Below are positions 1 to 12,074 of a stretch of 64,000 bases of DNA, in pieces (within the stretch, counting starts at the first letter, position 1; each line of letters begins with the position of its first letter). The notes beneath the pieces were generated by a model. The model saw only the letters and a program-made list of their open reading frames with translations. It did not search any database and was not told where the DNA came from. Origin of the DNA: Podarcis filfolensis (lineage: Eukaryota); assembly GCA_964270895.1 (NCBI GenBank), contig OZ185442.1. One strand, written 5' to 3'. A program made the position numbers and the translations under genes.

Positions 1-169
1 CTCTCCTCAGAACAAATGAAGGCATGAAGGACATTGAATGTTTGATGAGAACAATTACAGAGAAGGAAAGAAATTCAAAGCCTGTGAGTCTTTGTAACAC
101 AGTGATGGGAAAACTTTTTGCCACCTGAGCGGAGCCATCTTTCCCATATGGCTTAGTAGTGCATCGTGC

Positions 170-559
170 CAGGGCGCCGGCCTCTTAGGGGCACCCCAGC
201 AAGTAGGGGAGCTATGCGGCTTTACCAGAGGCCTCCCCTTTCCCAGCATGCCTGCCAGCTGCGCCCCAGCAACCATAAGGCTGGCGGGCATGCAGCTTCC
301 CTCCCAAGCCTCCTTGGGAGGAGAGTGATCCTCACAGAGGGAGTGAAGTTGCACCCCTCCTAAGCCTCAGCGGGAGAAGAGCACAGCTTCACTCCCAAGC
401 CTCTGTGGGGATCGCTCTCCCGCAGCAGCATGGGGAGAGTTGCGGCTCCCTGATGGCTGGCAGTGCGCAGCTACATCCACCCCAACACTATTCGTGGTAA
501 TTTGAGGGTACTGGGTGGATATTTGCACCCCAGCGCCGCATCTGCTAAAAATGGCCCTG
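170..559. mobile_element. GC-rich non-autonomous DNA-transposon-like element (hAT-type CAGGG...CCCTG termini), degraded
   Basis: Starts ccagggcgcc, ends atggccctg, with GC-rich internal repeats (cccaagcctc). No clear TSD. Confidence 0.4.
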
Positions 560-619
560 CACCTGAGGACCACATTCCGTTGTGGGAAAACCTTCTGAGG
601 GTTACAAGTGGTGGGTGGG

Positions 620-1015
620 GTCAGGAATTGGGAAAGGTATTATTTATGTTTCTTACCTGTCTTTCACCATGAGGTTCCAACAGTGGGTAACAACAATAAC
701 ATTAAGACAAGTGAAAAAAGATTACAGGCAGGAGAATAGGATGGGCCTAAGATGGGCCTTTCAGGTGTTAAAAGCCAGGGTGCATCTTCAGGGTACCAGA
801 CACACCTCTTTGAGGAGAGAATTCCACAGCTTAGGGGGTGCCACAAAGAACACTCTGACACTCTTTATACCTGATATTGTATGTAGGAAAGTTGGTAGTC
901 TTTCATATATCTGGGGCCTAAGTCGTTTAGGGCTTTAAAAACTGATACCTTGAATTCATCTCAGAAACCAATTGGCAACCAGTGCAGCTGTTTTAAAACA
1001 AGGGTCATGTGAGTT
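620..1015 (-). mobile_element. L2 LINE 3' fragment (ORF2 C-terminus plus tail)
   Basis: The reverse complement of ggggcctaagtcgtttagggcttt...accaattggcaaccagtgcagctgttttaa matches the typical L2 'LKQLHWLP...FK...KALN.LGP' region. Confidence 0.7.
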
Positions 1016-2541
1016 CTAAATGGAAATAAATGAATTTACTTTTTGAAAGTATGTGATAATTGACCTGCAATGGCATTTGAAATTTGCCAGTTACTTGATA
1101 ACCAACATGTAACAGTAATTGTTAAATGGGATACGACAAACTGTGGTTGGAAACCCAAACCCCATTATATGGGGTGATGCTGACAACCTTACCAACCAAT
1201 ATAAATTAATGTCCGTGCAATACTGCTAGACTGCAGCTATGAACGCCTCCTGCTAACAATATATGACTGCTAAAGTTATTGAGTTCAACCTCATACAATT
1301 GTATCCTTCCTGATGTTCCAAAGCATATATAGAGTTCTCCCTCTTTCCTAAATTACTGCATGCAGAAGAATTGTCCATCTATCAGAATTCATAACCTATC
1401 TGTGACCTTTTAGCCTCTCTTGAATGAGAGAAAATTAGACTTTCTAATCCCAGACGCATTTAAAAGATCTGGTGTACTTAGAGCTACCTCCACCTGAACT
1501 TGCACTAGGAAGGTTCAAAACAGGAAAGGCCTGGAGCTAACCTAACTTGTAGCAAAGCCCCTTCTGAGTTTCTGTAATTAAACTATCGGTGATCCCTCCA
1601 GTTTTTTCTTCAAAGGCTTTGGCCTCTACATATTTCCAACATGTCAGAACATTTGCTTTGACTTTAAACCACTTAAGAGTAGCCTGAGCCCTTCTTGTTC
1701 CTTTAATCTTCTTTAAAATGACAGTCATTCATTAAATCTGCCTCAGGAATTAGATTTATTCCTACTATTAACTCATGCAAAGAATCTGGTGGCCTTCACT
1801 GACCAGAGTGTTCATTTCCATCTTCTCAATAACTTCATACTTATCACAAAGCTGTTTCCATAGTGTTTGCTGTTGTTGTTGTTTTGAACAATCTATCCAT
1901 CTATCCACTGCCAGAGCCCAGTGTATGGTTGGGGAGATCACAGGATCACCAGTGGGAGCAGGAATCCCCCGAGTCTTCATGCACATCCACTGTGGAGAGG
2001 GGTTATTGCTTCTTCAATCAATCTGATTACTGAGGCAGGAAAAATCTCCCTTCCCACTCCCACCCTTTGCTGCTGCTTTCACCAACATTGGGGGAGGGTC
2101 CAGGGAGGGGGAGAGAAAGAAAAGTTTGGGGAACTGAGCCAGTGTGGAGCCATCTTTGCCCTAGCTTGGCTTGCAATATGCAAGCTATCTACTTGCCATC
2201 TTGTGATAGGTCTCTGGGGCTTGTTGGTCCTTTGCTGACACCTTGCCCTTTAAGCATGCCCACCCCTTCCTCCACAGGGAGGCATAGAAGTCTTGGATTT
2301 AGCCTGGCAAGGTCAACACCATGGAAGCCAGGCACCCCGGGAGAGGAGGCCTGCTGAAGGACATGGGTGAGAACAGCCTGGGACATGGGTGGAAACAGGC
2401 TTAGAGATGCTTGACAGGCCTTTGGCACACATAAAATTGCATTCTACTGCCTCACTCTGGCTAAGAGTAGGTCTGGCTTCTGGCTGATAGATGGGGCGAG
2501 AATGTCATTTCCCCTTGCTTCTGTATTCTCAGGACAGCTGT

Positions 2542-3093
2542 TGTCATGGACTGGCTAGATGCAGAGAAGTGGTGGGAGACACCAGCTGGGGAACCCTCAA
2601 GGAAACCCCTAGGGGTAGAAGACTCAGAGCCAGGGGATTGGTGGTGGGACAACGATGAGTGGTCAGAGAGAGAAGAGGGAACAGGCTGGGAGGAGGAGGT
2701 GTCAGAAGTTGAAGTGGCAAGTGGGTTTCATGAGAAGGAAGAGGCTATGGCAGAGAGCAGTTCAGAATCAGAGGCAGAATCAGAGGGGGGTCAAGAGGCA
2801 TAGTGGAGGCAGGCTGCTGAATAAGCAGGAACGCTCCCCCTCATCCTGTGACCAGCTGCTCTCTTCACTGGTCTCCCAGAACATGCAGAGAAATGAAGAG
2901 GGTAGAGAAAAGAGAGAGAAAGATTAAGGAGACTTAGGCTGCTGAGGAAGGAGCTTTAGAGATTGGTGGGAAGGCCTTGGCCTTCAGACCTTGCAACTGC
3001 CACATTGGGGTAAGACCTACTGGGAAGAGTTGCTGCAATTACTAGGCCTGCACTGTTTTGGTTTCTTTGAATAAAGAGTTAACTTCACTGACA
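2542..3093 (+). mobile_element. solo-LTR-like element (Gypsy-type TGTCA...TGACA termini)
   Basis: Begins TGTCATGG and ends CTGACA, with AATAAA at 3070-3075 near the 3' end and a purine-rich body. The acidic ORF at 2546-2803 is a by-product. No TSD recognised. Confidence 0.55.
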
Positions 3094-3939
3094 TTGGGTG
3101 TTTTATTGCTGATCTAGCCCTATCTTGTTCTCCACTTTCAATGTTTTTAATGGACGTGGTACAGTACATAAATATTTTTAAATAATTAAAATTATTCTTA
3201 ACATTAAACACAATGAACTTATTACTAGTAGAAATAAGAGTAAATATAGAGGTTTTTATTGGTCTGTTTAGTGTAACAGAGAAAGAATCTGAGAGGAAGT
3301 GGCTGGACCTGGGAGGCGAAAAGCTTGGATGCACCTCCTGTGAGCACCATTTCCATATCTGAAATGGAGCTCTTGTCAGGAAGATGAGCAATAAAACACA
3401 AAAGCAGCTAAGCAGCCCACATCCAATCTTGCTATGGCCATGGAGCCCCGCCCTATCCACTCTACAGATCTTTCTTGCCACAAAGCTCTGGAAGGTTTCC
3501 TTCCCTCCCCCACCCTCCACTATGCTGCCCTTTGAAATGGGAGAGATCTGAAGCTGTCCGAGTCTCAGAGAGCCCACTAAATGGCTGTGCACCGACTAGG
3601 AAAGAAATAATATGAAGCTGCGGTCCACAGCCCTGTCCATACGCAGTGGCTCAGCAGGGATGCAGAACCCTCTGTGAAGTGTTCAATTGTCCAGGTGGGG
3701 TTTCTACAAAGGCAGGCAGCAGGAGAGCAGCTGCATGTCAAGTACCAGGCCTGTGGAAAGCAGGCCACTGCACCACGGGAGGGTGATGAGGTCTTTTATC
3801 TGACTGAATGGGGAAGTGGAAGGCACCCCCCTCCACATAAGAAATACAAAGTTGGAGTCATTAACAATACTGTAGTATCAGAGTAAGCTATAGTAAAAAT
3901 TGAAGGATGGCTGCTGTCTTTATTCTAGACTCCTTCCTT

Positions 3940-4135
3940 CCTGCCTTCCTATATTTATACGCCAAACTGAAGCTGGCATACCTGCTTCTCTCCCTCTTCA
4001 TTTTATCCCACAACACACCTGAGTGGTAGCTCTGTGAGACTGTGACCCACAGTAGGCTTCATGGCTTCATGGGGAAATGAACCCTGGTGTCCCAAGTTCT
4101 AATCTCAAAATACTCACAGCAGTACACCATACTAG
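3940..4135 (-). mobile_element. old tRNA-derived SINE (Squam3/MIR-like), degraded
   Basis: Similar by eye to the copies at 15800-16010 and 53270-53516 (cccacaacaacc..gtgag..ctgtgac..gcttcatggct..gaacc). Confidence 0.5.
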
Positions 4136-4512
4136 CTAATGAAGAGCACTTTGGGCACCGGCAGCACCCATTACCAGCATGCGCCCTGGCAGGTTTTTAC
4201 CCTCATGGCAAAATCGTCCTCAACAGGAAAAAAGTTCCTCCATGCCTACGACATACAACTTTGGAACTCAATAGGTTAACATGCGTAGGATTGCCCTGTC
4301 AAGTTCAGAGGTTTGGGAGAGGGCCATAGCTCAGTGGCTTTGTATACAGAAGTGTCCAGGTTCAATCCAGCGAGGGTGGGCAGAATCCTGGAAAATGGCA
4401 CCTCTAGTGACAACTCTAACAGCATTTGTAAAAGTCTACCCCAAATCTCCTTATAGGCACAAGACAGGCAGGAATTTTCTGAGGACAGTTACTGGAAATT
4501 CAGGGTTGTCCC

Positions 4513-4517
<5 letters not shown>

Positions 4518-4560
<43 letters not shown>
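4518..4560. repeat. (GA)n microsatellite
   Basis: Directly visible perfect dinucleotide run. Confidence 0.97.
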
Positions 4561-4563
<3 letters not shown>

Positions 4564-4599
4564 TATTGAATCATATGGACCCTTTTAAAGCCATTCAAG

Positions 4600-5206
4600 T
4601 CAGATGGGGCAGACGTTCCATTTAAGTTTGCATTTATAGGAAGACCAATCTAATTTGCACTTGCCAAAACAATATGTGAACTGAAACACAGCCATCTTTT
4701 GAAATGCTCCTTTTCTGAATTTTGCAATGTAGTTCTCCAGCCAAATAACGTCTATAAAAATGAATATACTGGAGACAAGTAGCATAAGGATGCATATGTT
4801 AATGAAAACAACACCAAAATGCATTAGGGATAATGTGTATATTGGGCAAAATTAAAATTAAATTGTTCATATTAGGATAACTTTACACTAAAGTGCTGTT
4901 GAATTTTCACCAGGACTTAAAGTTCACAAACTGCCATGGAAATGTCAGTTAATGTTGCTATAAATTGTTCTGGAGATTGTGGAGTTTAATCTGAAAGTGA
5001 GTTAGTTGGTGGTACTTCTGACTGTTCTTTTATATTGTTGATGTTTGTTATACTGCTATTATGTTTGTATTTTGGTAAACTATAATGCAGTTGCTATGGC
5101 CTTTGGCTAGCAAAATAAACTTATTGAACTGAATTAGGAAATGTGGAGAACTGAACATAAGAGTAGAAAAACGAGAAGCTGAAACTGATAAATTGATCCA
5201 TCCCCT
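4600..5206 (+). mobile_element. MITE family A copy (TAGGGATG...CATCCCTA-type termini), interrupted by an insertion at 4946-5136
   Basis: Shares blocks (aatatgtgaactgaaacacagcc; gcaatgtagttctccagcc; ggaaatgtggagaactgaac) with the inverted copies at 11631, 27411 and 53735. Confidence 0.75.
4946..5136 (+). mobile_element. short retroposed 3' tail inserted in a MITE, with 8-bp TSD GGAAATGT
   Basis: GGAAATGT at 4938-4945 and 5137-5144 flanks a T-rich 191-bp segment ending aataaacttattgaactgaatta. Confidence 0.7.
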
Positions 5207-6714
5207 GTACACATGCACAGTTTAATATTATCAAACCCATCTCTCTCTTTAACCGCTTTTGGTGTTTGCACAGCATGCCATATTGTGGCCAGCACTAGTT
5301 CTTTCTGCTGCTGAACAGTGCTTGTCCCCTTTGGGGCTCTGAGACCACCCCTGATGTTTCACTGTTGTTCAGGTTACATCATTCTGCCTCCTGCTTGCTT
5401 CTTTTGAAAGAGGCTCTCTGACTTGGCTTTCCTGGCCTGTTGATCCTGCATAGAATAAGCAATGCATAGTAATGCCACTCATAATAATCATGTCACATTT
5501 ATATGAAACCTCCTAAAGACCAGAAATTGCTGGAGTTCTGAAACTAAATTAATTAAGTCTCAACTTCCACCCTCCCTTTTGCCCTGCATGAGACCTTCTC
5601 AGCACTTCTAGCTAGCCTGGCTGCACCACTTTGGCATGGTTGTTATTAATTGCTTTTGTGGTATTCAATGTCTTCATCAACAGAACGATTTAGCCCTTGC
5701 AGCTGAAGTCTGGGCTGGGAAGAGGGAAATAACCAAGGCCACAAAGGCAGTGTTTTAGCAGCTGCTAATTATGGGGCAGATCGATGGATTACTCTCCCCC
5801 CATGTACTACAGAAATAAGCAATAAAAGGCCAGTTTGTTACACCACTGAGATTAATGGAGAAGGTCCACTTAACCGTACCACCTGTGCACTGATTTTTTT
5901 TAAAAAAAAATTCATTTTCAATTACAATCTTCCAATTAATGACAAATTAAATCAAATCAGTCCAAATTATAATAATAACAATACCACCAATTATATATCC
6001 TGTGCACTGATTCTAAGTGTTGTGCATTTATATAGAGAAGCGTTCTTCAATGTGCTCCTCATTTATGGAATTTCCTTCACCTGGAGGTTTCATTTATGGT
6101 GGTGTGGATGTAATGTGCAAGATATTGCCGAGAGCTTAAATGGTTTGTGCCATTTTGCAAGCAGTAAGGGTGTCTGGGAATTCTAACAAAATCACCAGAA
6201 ATTGTTGGTGTTCACCTATTCATCCTATATCTGAAACGGAATATAATCCAGCAAACAAGCAAACTTGTTTTTCAGTTCACAAATGATACATCATTGATTA
6301 CTCCCCATTTCTATTTACATTCCATTTCCTTTGCACTGAAATGAATGGGGTGGAATAACAAAGATAATGTAACTTATATAATTTACACCCTTAATTATAT
6401 AAGGTATATAGAGTACATAATTTTCCTGCAGCTAGCAAAGAGACAAAGAAGGTATTTTTTTGGTGAAGAGAAACCACAGAGGAATGAAAACAGTGCTGCT
6501 TGTTACAAATGCAGGGTAGTACAGAAAACAAATCTGTTGGCATAAAAAATTTGTGGCCTGGATGAAATGTGCATTATTGCGTGAGAGACAAGAATTTAAA
6601 CATGCAGTATCTCATTTATGACTATTGCTCTGTTACCATTTCTCTGACCAGGGATAGGGATGGAGGTAGAATTTGTTCATTCTGTTTTTTTACAGTGGAT
6701 TGACCAGGCCTGAT

Positions 6715-8135
6715 GCTTACAAATTGCCTTGAGGATTGTAAGTGGTGGAAAGTAAAGTTAAGGATGAAATAACCAAGCATATAGAAAAACAAGCATTGCT
6801 GAAGCAGAACTGGTATGACTTCTTCAAGGGCAAGTTCTGTCTCACAAACCTATCAGAGTTCTTTAAGAGTGTCAATAACCACACAGAAAGGCATGATCCA
6901 GTTGACATAGTGTACTTGGACTTGAAAAAGCATTTGAAAAAGCAACTCACCAAAGATTCATGAGTAAGCTGAGCTGAACAAGAAGAGAAGTACTTTTGTG
7001 GATCAGCAACGGGTTAAGTAGCAGGAAGCAAAGAGCAGGAATAAATAGTCCTTCATATGGAGGGATGCAGAACATGGAGTCCCTCAAGGATCAGTATTGA
7101 GACCTGTGCTCTTTAAATTGTTCAAAAATGACCTAGAGCTAGGAAAAGCAGTGAGGTGGCCAAGTTTGCTGATGATATTAAATTGTTCAGGGTTGCTAAA
7201 ACAAAAAAGAGATTGTGAAGCACTCCCAAAGGAGCTCTCCAAACTGAGTAGATGGGCAGTAAAATGGCAAATGCAATTCATTGTAAACAAGTGTAAATTG
7301 ATGCATATCAGAGCAAAAAAATCTTAATTTCATGGATATGCTTACAGGGCTCACACTGTCAATGATTGACCAGGAATGAGATTTTGGAGTCATAATGGAT
7401 TGTTCTAAGGAGATGTAGACCCAGTGTGTGGCAGCTGTGGAAAAAAAGGCAAATCCCATGCTAGGGATCATTAGGAAAGAAATTGAAAACAAAACTACCA
7501 ATATCATAATGGCTTTATATACATTCAAATGTGACTGCAGGAATATGGTCTACAATTCTGGTCACCTCACCTCAAAAAGGATATTGTAGAGTTGGAGAAG
7601 TTTCAGAAAAGGACAACCAAAATGATCATGGGGAGGGAGCAACTCTCCTACGAGGAAAGGTTGCCACGTTTGAGACTTTTTAGTTTAGAGAACACGTAAG
7701 AGGTGACACACTAAAGATTTATAAAATTATACAAGGCATGGGAAAAGTGGATAGAGAAGTGTTTCCCCATGTCATAACAATAGAATTCATAGATATCCTA
7801 TTAGGCTGATTGTTGGAAGATTCAGGATGCACTAACACAAGTACTTTGCACCGTGTATTGTTAAAATATGGAATTTGCTGTCACAATTCCCAAAAGATGA
7901 TTTAGACAGATGCATGAAGGATAAGGCTTGTCGATGGCTACTAATCAGGAGTGGCCTGATCCAGAGTGAGGCAGTAATGCTTCTGAATACCAGTTGCTGG
8001 GAAATGCAGTTCAGGGGAGTGTTCTTGTCCTCAGGTCTTGCTTGTGGGCTTCTACAGGCATCTGATTGTCCACTGTGAAAACAGGGTCTTGGAGAATGTG
8101 AGCCTTTGGCCTGATCCTGACTCTTCTGATGCTCT
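6715..8135 (+). mobile_element. CR1 LINE, 5'-truncated (RT to 3' UTR), decayed
   Basis: ORF 6742-6963 reads KQALLKQN..FFKGKFCLTNLSEFF..DPVDIVYLD (CR1 RT N-terminus). Downstream are PQGSVLRPVLF and QFIVNKCKLMHI, then a CR1-type 3' UTR. Many stops and frameshifts. Confidence 0.9.
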
Positions 8136-8335
8136 GGGATCCCACCTGTAGCTGACCTCCTTTGGAATGTTTTAGTTTACTGCTAATTAGTTGGTTCGAA
8201 TGTATATTTCATATTTGAATTTCATCAGTAATGTCTTATTCTAGATTTTTTTATTTGATTTTTTAATATATTGTAAACTGTTTTGATATTTTTTCTTAAA
8301 ATATAGAAATGTAATGAATAATAATATCAATAATA

Positions 8336-8552
8336 TGAGGTTGCCATATTTCAATAAATTGTTGACCCAAATTTGTTGAGTTGTTTTTTTTTGAGAAATA
8401 AACTAATTTGTTGGGCTATTTGGGGGGGCACAAACACAAAAACCACGATTTTTTGGTTATGTTACCGGAAATCCAGGATGAACCCCCAGACATCACAAAT
8501 GCAATTGAAATCCCAGTAATGTCCAGAAAAATCCAGATGTTATGCAACCCTA
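8336..8552. mobile_element. MITE with GGTTGCCATA...TATG(G)CAACCCTA termini
   Basis: Imperfect TIR; same terminal type as 46839-47049. Confidence 0.6.
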
Positions 8553-9878
8553 ATTAATAATAAGGGAGCTATGTGACACTGCCATTCAAGCAGTGACAAC
8601 TATATTGAGAAACTGTAGCCTTGAATTCCACCACAGGCATGGTCATGGAGCTTGCATTTGGGATGGTGAATATGCATTTTCTGGCATCTCCACTAGGTCT
8701 CTGGCTTTCCATTTTCACCGGAAATTCAAGCTGTGTTTTACTCTTATTTTTTCTCCTGTTTCTCTACTTTCCAAACACTCCCCCACCTGTCATAATGGTG
8801 GGTGTTTTGTTAGAGGATAAGTACTGGTCTCTAGTCACATCATTGTAATTATTTTAATTATTAAGTATAGCATTTGAAACAAGGTTAAAAATGCCAGCAA
8901 GTGAGAAATAGTTCTTTTCTAATCAGCATTAATGTTTTCACCATTAGTGTTTATATTTCCCTTTGAAATACTAAGCACTTCTGTGACCTAACCTGTGAGC
9001 GATGGAGCTAAGGGGGTGATATGCATTATAGTCCTTTATTACCTTGCTTAACAATTTTAGTTTGCAGAGAAAGCAAGGAAAACAAAATAATACTATCACA
9101 TGATATCTCCACAAGCCATGTTTTCCTCAATTATTTCATTCACTTAGGCAAAGTAAACCAAAGCCAAAAACATCTGCTTTCCTTTAGTTCTCTGAAGTCT
9201 CCAAAAGGAAACCTTTCCTTCCCATATACAAAAATATGCACATTTTTTGAAAATGGACTGATTGGTGCTTGTTATTGCTTGTTGGAGCAGAATGTGTTGC
9301 CATATTCTGTCCTCACACTTTGTTGTTGTTCAAGATGTAAAGAGCTTCCTGATTGCTATCCAATTTTGGTTAACAGTATGATTTGTTTGCATGTCTTTGT
9401 GTTCCTCAAATATTTTTCATTGAATTTTAATAACAACTGGCAGGTTGCGGGGGGGGGGGGGGTGTGAAACAAAATTCATAAAAAAAATTATAAGTTACCA
9501 CAATTGCCAATAAAGGAAATACAGGATACAGCTATGCAATTTACTGAGTCATAATAAAGCATACCAAAGGGAAAAGGATGGGTAGTGTATGATTAAAAAG
9601 GGTTCCATAGCCTAAATCAATTACAATTTTTTTTTTTCAAAAAAGAAATGAAAGGTAACCTTAAACAGTACTAAACCCAGACATTCACACAGACTTATTG
9701 GACCTGACCCTCTTGTGTTTGTCTAGGAAATAAAATTAAACCACATGGCAAAGAAGAAATCTCAAGCACTTTGGCCAAGACACATTCAGCTTATGTGAGA
9801 TTTTTTCACGCAAGGTGATGTGCCATGTATGGGAATACCAATGGTCTGAATTATAGATAATTAAACATGAATCATGAA

Positions 9879-10232
9879 GGGGCGTGGGTGGCACTGTGGG
9901 TTAAACCACAGAGCCTAGGACTTGTCGATTAGAAGGTTGGCAGTTCAAATCCCCGCGACAGGGTGAGCTCCTGTTGCTTGGTCCCTGCTCCTGCCAACCT
10001 AGAAGTTCGAAAGCACGTCAGAGTGCAAGTAGATAAATAGGTAGTGCTCCGGCGGGAAGGTAAACAGCGTTTCCATGCGCTGCTCTGGTTCGCCAGAAGC
10101 GGCATAGTCATGCTGGCCACATGACCTGGAAGCTGTACGCCGGCTCCCTCGGCCAATAAAGCAAGATGAGCTCCGCAACCCGAGTCGGTCACGACTGGAC
10201 CTAATGGTCAGGGGTCCCTTTACCTTTTACCT
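9879..10232 (+). mobile_element. Sauria SINE (Squam1-type), full length
   Basis: tRNA-like head gg(a)cgcgggtggcgctgtgg, the known body, and an (ACCTTT)n tail. TSD ttaa(a/c)catgaatca at 9861-9874 and 10233-10246. Confidence 0.93.
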
Positions 10233-10804
10233 TTAACCATGAATCAACAACCAGCAGTGCAATTTCTCATATGTTTCTTCTCCATTCATTTATGGCCCAA
10301 CACTCTAACCACTACCCTACTTTGGCAATAGCTCCCACTGAGGAGTTCTGAATTGCCTTTCCTTCTTGTAGTGCTTTTGCCGACTAGATGCTACTCTGGC
10401 ACTGCTGAATGCCAGGGTTCACAAGTATGCTAACACTAGCTTCTGCCTTGCCAGTTGTCACCCAAGATGCATTACAGTTTTAAGTACTAAAAGAAATAAA
10501 TGTTGCAAAGATGCAGCACCAAGGTCAGACATCTGCTGGGGACCACACACTACCAAGGGGGTCCATTTTTGCAGTGACAAGGAAGCTCAGGATGCCCCCC
10601 AAACCTGGAACTGTTACAAAACACAGCATGAAGGACTGATTGTCGCTTGAGGAGCTGATAGCCCAAGCTCCCTGGCATGGTTTTCTTCATTTCAGGCTGC
10701 AGACACTGACAGTGGCTGCCACCTGACAAAGGCAGAGAAGCAAGATGTTGGACAGACAGGTGGGAACTTACACAGGTCAACATAAGGTTTGTTCACAAGC
10801 TGCC

Positions 10805-10877
10805 AGCCATTGTAGAAAATACTGAGTTAGATGGACTAATGGTCTAAGGCATACAAAGCAGCTTCCTATGTTCCTAC
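10805..10877 (+). mobile_element. 3' tail of a CR1-tailed SINE/LINE
   Basis: aatactgagttagatggactaatggtct...gcagcttcctatgttccta. The same tail recurs near 12790-12870, 16465, 35430, 52560 and 58805. Confidence 0.6.
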
Positions 10878-11630
10878 AGCTTCTGTGGTTTTGTCAGAGG
10901 CTGTGACCCACTCAATTCACCAGCATTCTTCAGTGACAGTTCTTCAGTTTCAGCGATCACCTTTATTTGCTCAAAGAGAGGCGTTTTCAGGAGTTGTGGT
11001 CCAGGAGCCTCATCCCAGTCCTGTCAAATGTCCCATGCTGGATTTGTGGAAGCACAGGTCTGAATTGTAGCTAGGAGAACAATTTTGTTTATTCAAAGCA
11101 GCTGCCAGTTTCTGAAGATGCAATACTGTGACATTTTCTTCCAGCACTCCTTTTGGATGATTTCAACATTGCGAATAAGTGACTTTACAGCAGAGGTGAG
11201 CAGCAACTGCTTTGGGGAGGTTTGGTTTGGCCACAGGGCATTGGATATATAATGATGTACATGAGCACTGGGCAGATTGGATGATTTGGAGCAGAATATC
11301 ATGTTTCCCAGTCGCATCATGCTGTTAATAAAGCATGTTAAGGCAGTCTCCAACCATCTCAATACTTTTGTTACCTCTGTTTTTCGAGCAGATACCCTTT
11401 GATTTTATGAGAAACAGAATCAAGCTGTGAAATGCCCAGAACTTGAGATGGGAGGGGTGGAGACTTGGGGAATATTTCATTTTGGCAAAGAGAGCTAGCA
11501 TTTCACCACAGTGAATTATTGTCTTGGTGCACTCCAGTTGCAGTGATTTACAGGAAAGGTGGTCTTCATATGGGTTGTTTCAGCACTTTGGCTGTGAGAG
11601 CAGGGTACAATCTATGGAGGCAGACTTGGG

Positions 11631-12074
11631 TACAGATGAGCTAATATAGATTTGGGTTCTTTTCAGTTTCTGGGTTTTTTTTATCAGTCTTACATTAAGT
11701 TTTCCACATTTCCATGTTGGTTCACAATTTTTTTAAAAAAGAAATCCTCATGAAAATTAATTATCACCGTAGGGCAAATTTCTCCTTTTAGACACATTTT
11801 TGTGTGTAAATTTTCATAACATACACATTTTTGCAAAGCAATTTCCCCTGATAATGGTGTGTATTTTCACTAATGCATACATTTATATTCACAGTTTACC
11901 TGAGTGTATGTGTTTTTGTATGTATTACTTGACTGGAGAACTACACTGCAAACTTAGATAAATGGAAATTTAGAAGTGTGGCTGGGTTTCAGTTCGCACA
12001 TTGTTTTGCAAAGTGTGAATTAGTTAACACCACCTTTAAACGGAAACTGAGTCAATGTTTCTCCCCTGTGCCTA
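11631..12074 (-). mobile_element. MITE family A copy
   Basis: Reverse-complement similarity to 4600-5206 and direct similarity to 27411-27761. Confidence 0.75.

Noticed and set aside
1200-1990. Possible ancient LINE ORF remnant on the minus strand (63-aa and 72-aa ORFs)
   Set aside because: Only vague resemblance to LINE C-termini and no motif I can name confidently. It needs an HMM or TBLASTN search.
2546-2803. Acidic Glu/Trp-rich 85-aa ORF
   Set aside because: It lies wholly inside a purine-rich LTR-like element, so the composition comes from GAG/GAA-rich DNA.
3017-3592. Longest ORF in the track (191 aa, minus strand)
   Set aside because: It crosses an LTR-like end, an AT-rich repeat tail and unique DNA. 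No recognisable domain or splice logic, so it is treated as a chance ORF.
4320-4400. tRNA-like sequences here and at about 58920-58945, 9879, 16088 and 54343
   Set aside because: They are SINE heads without a complete cloverleaf, so they are not tRNA genes.
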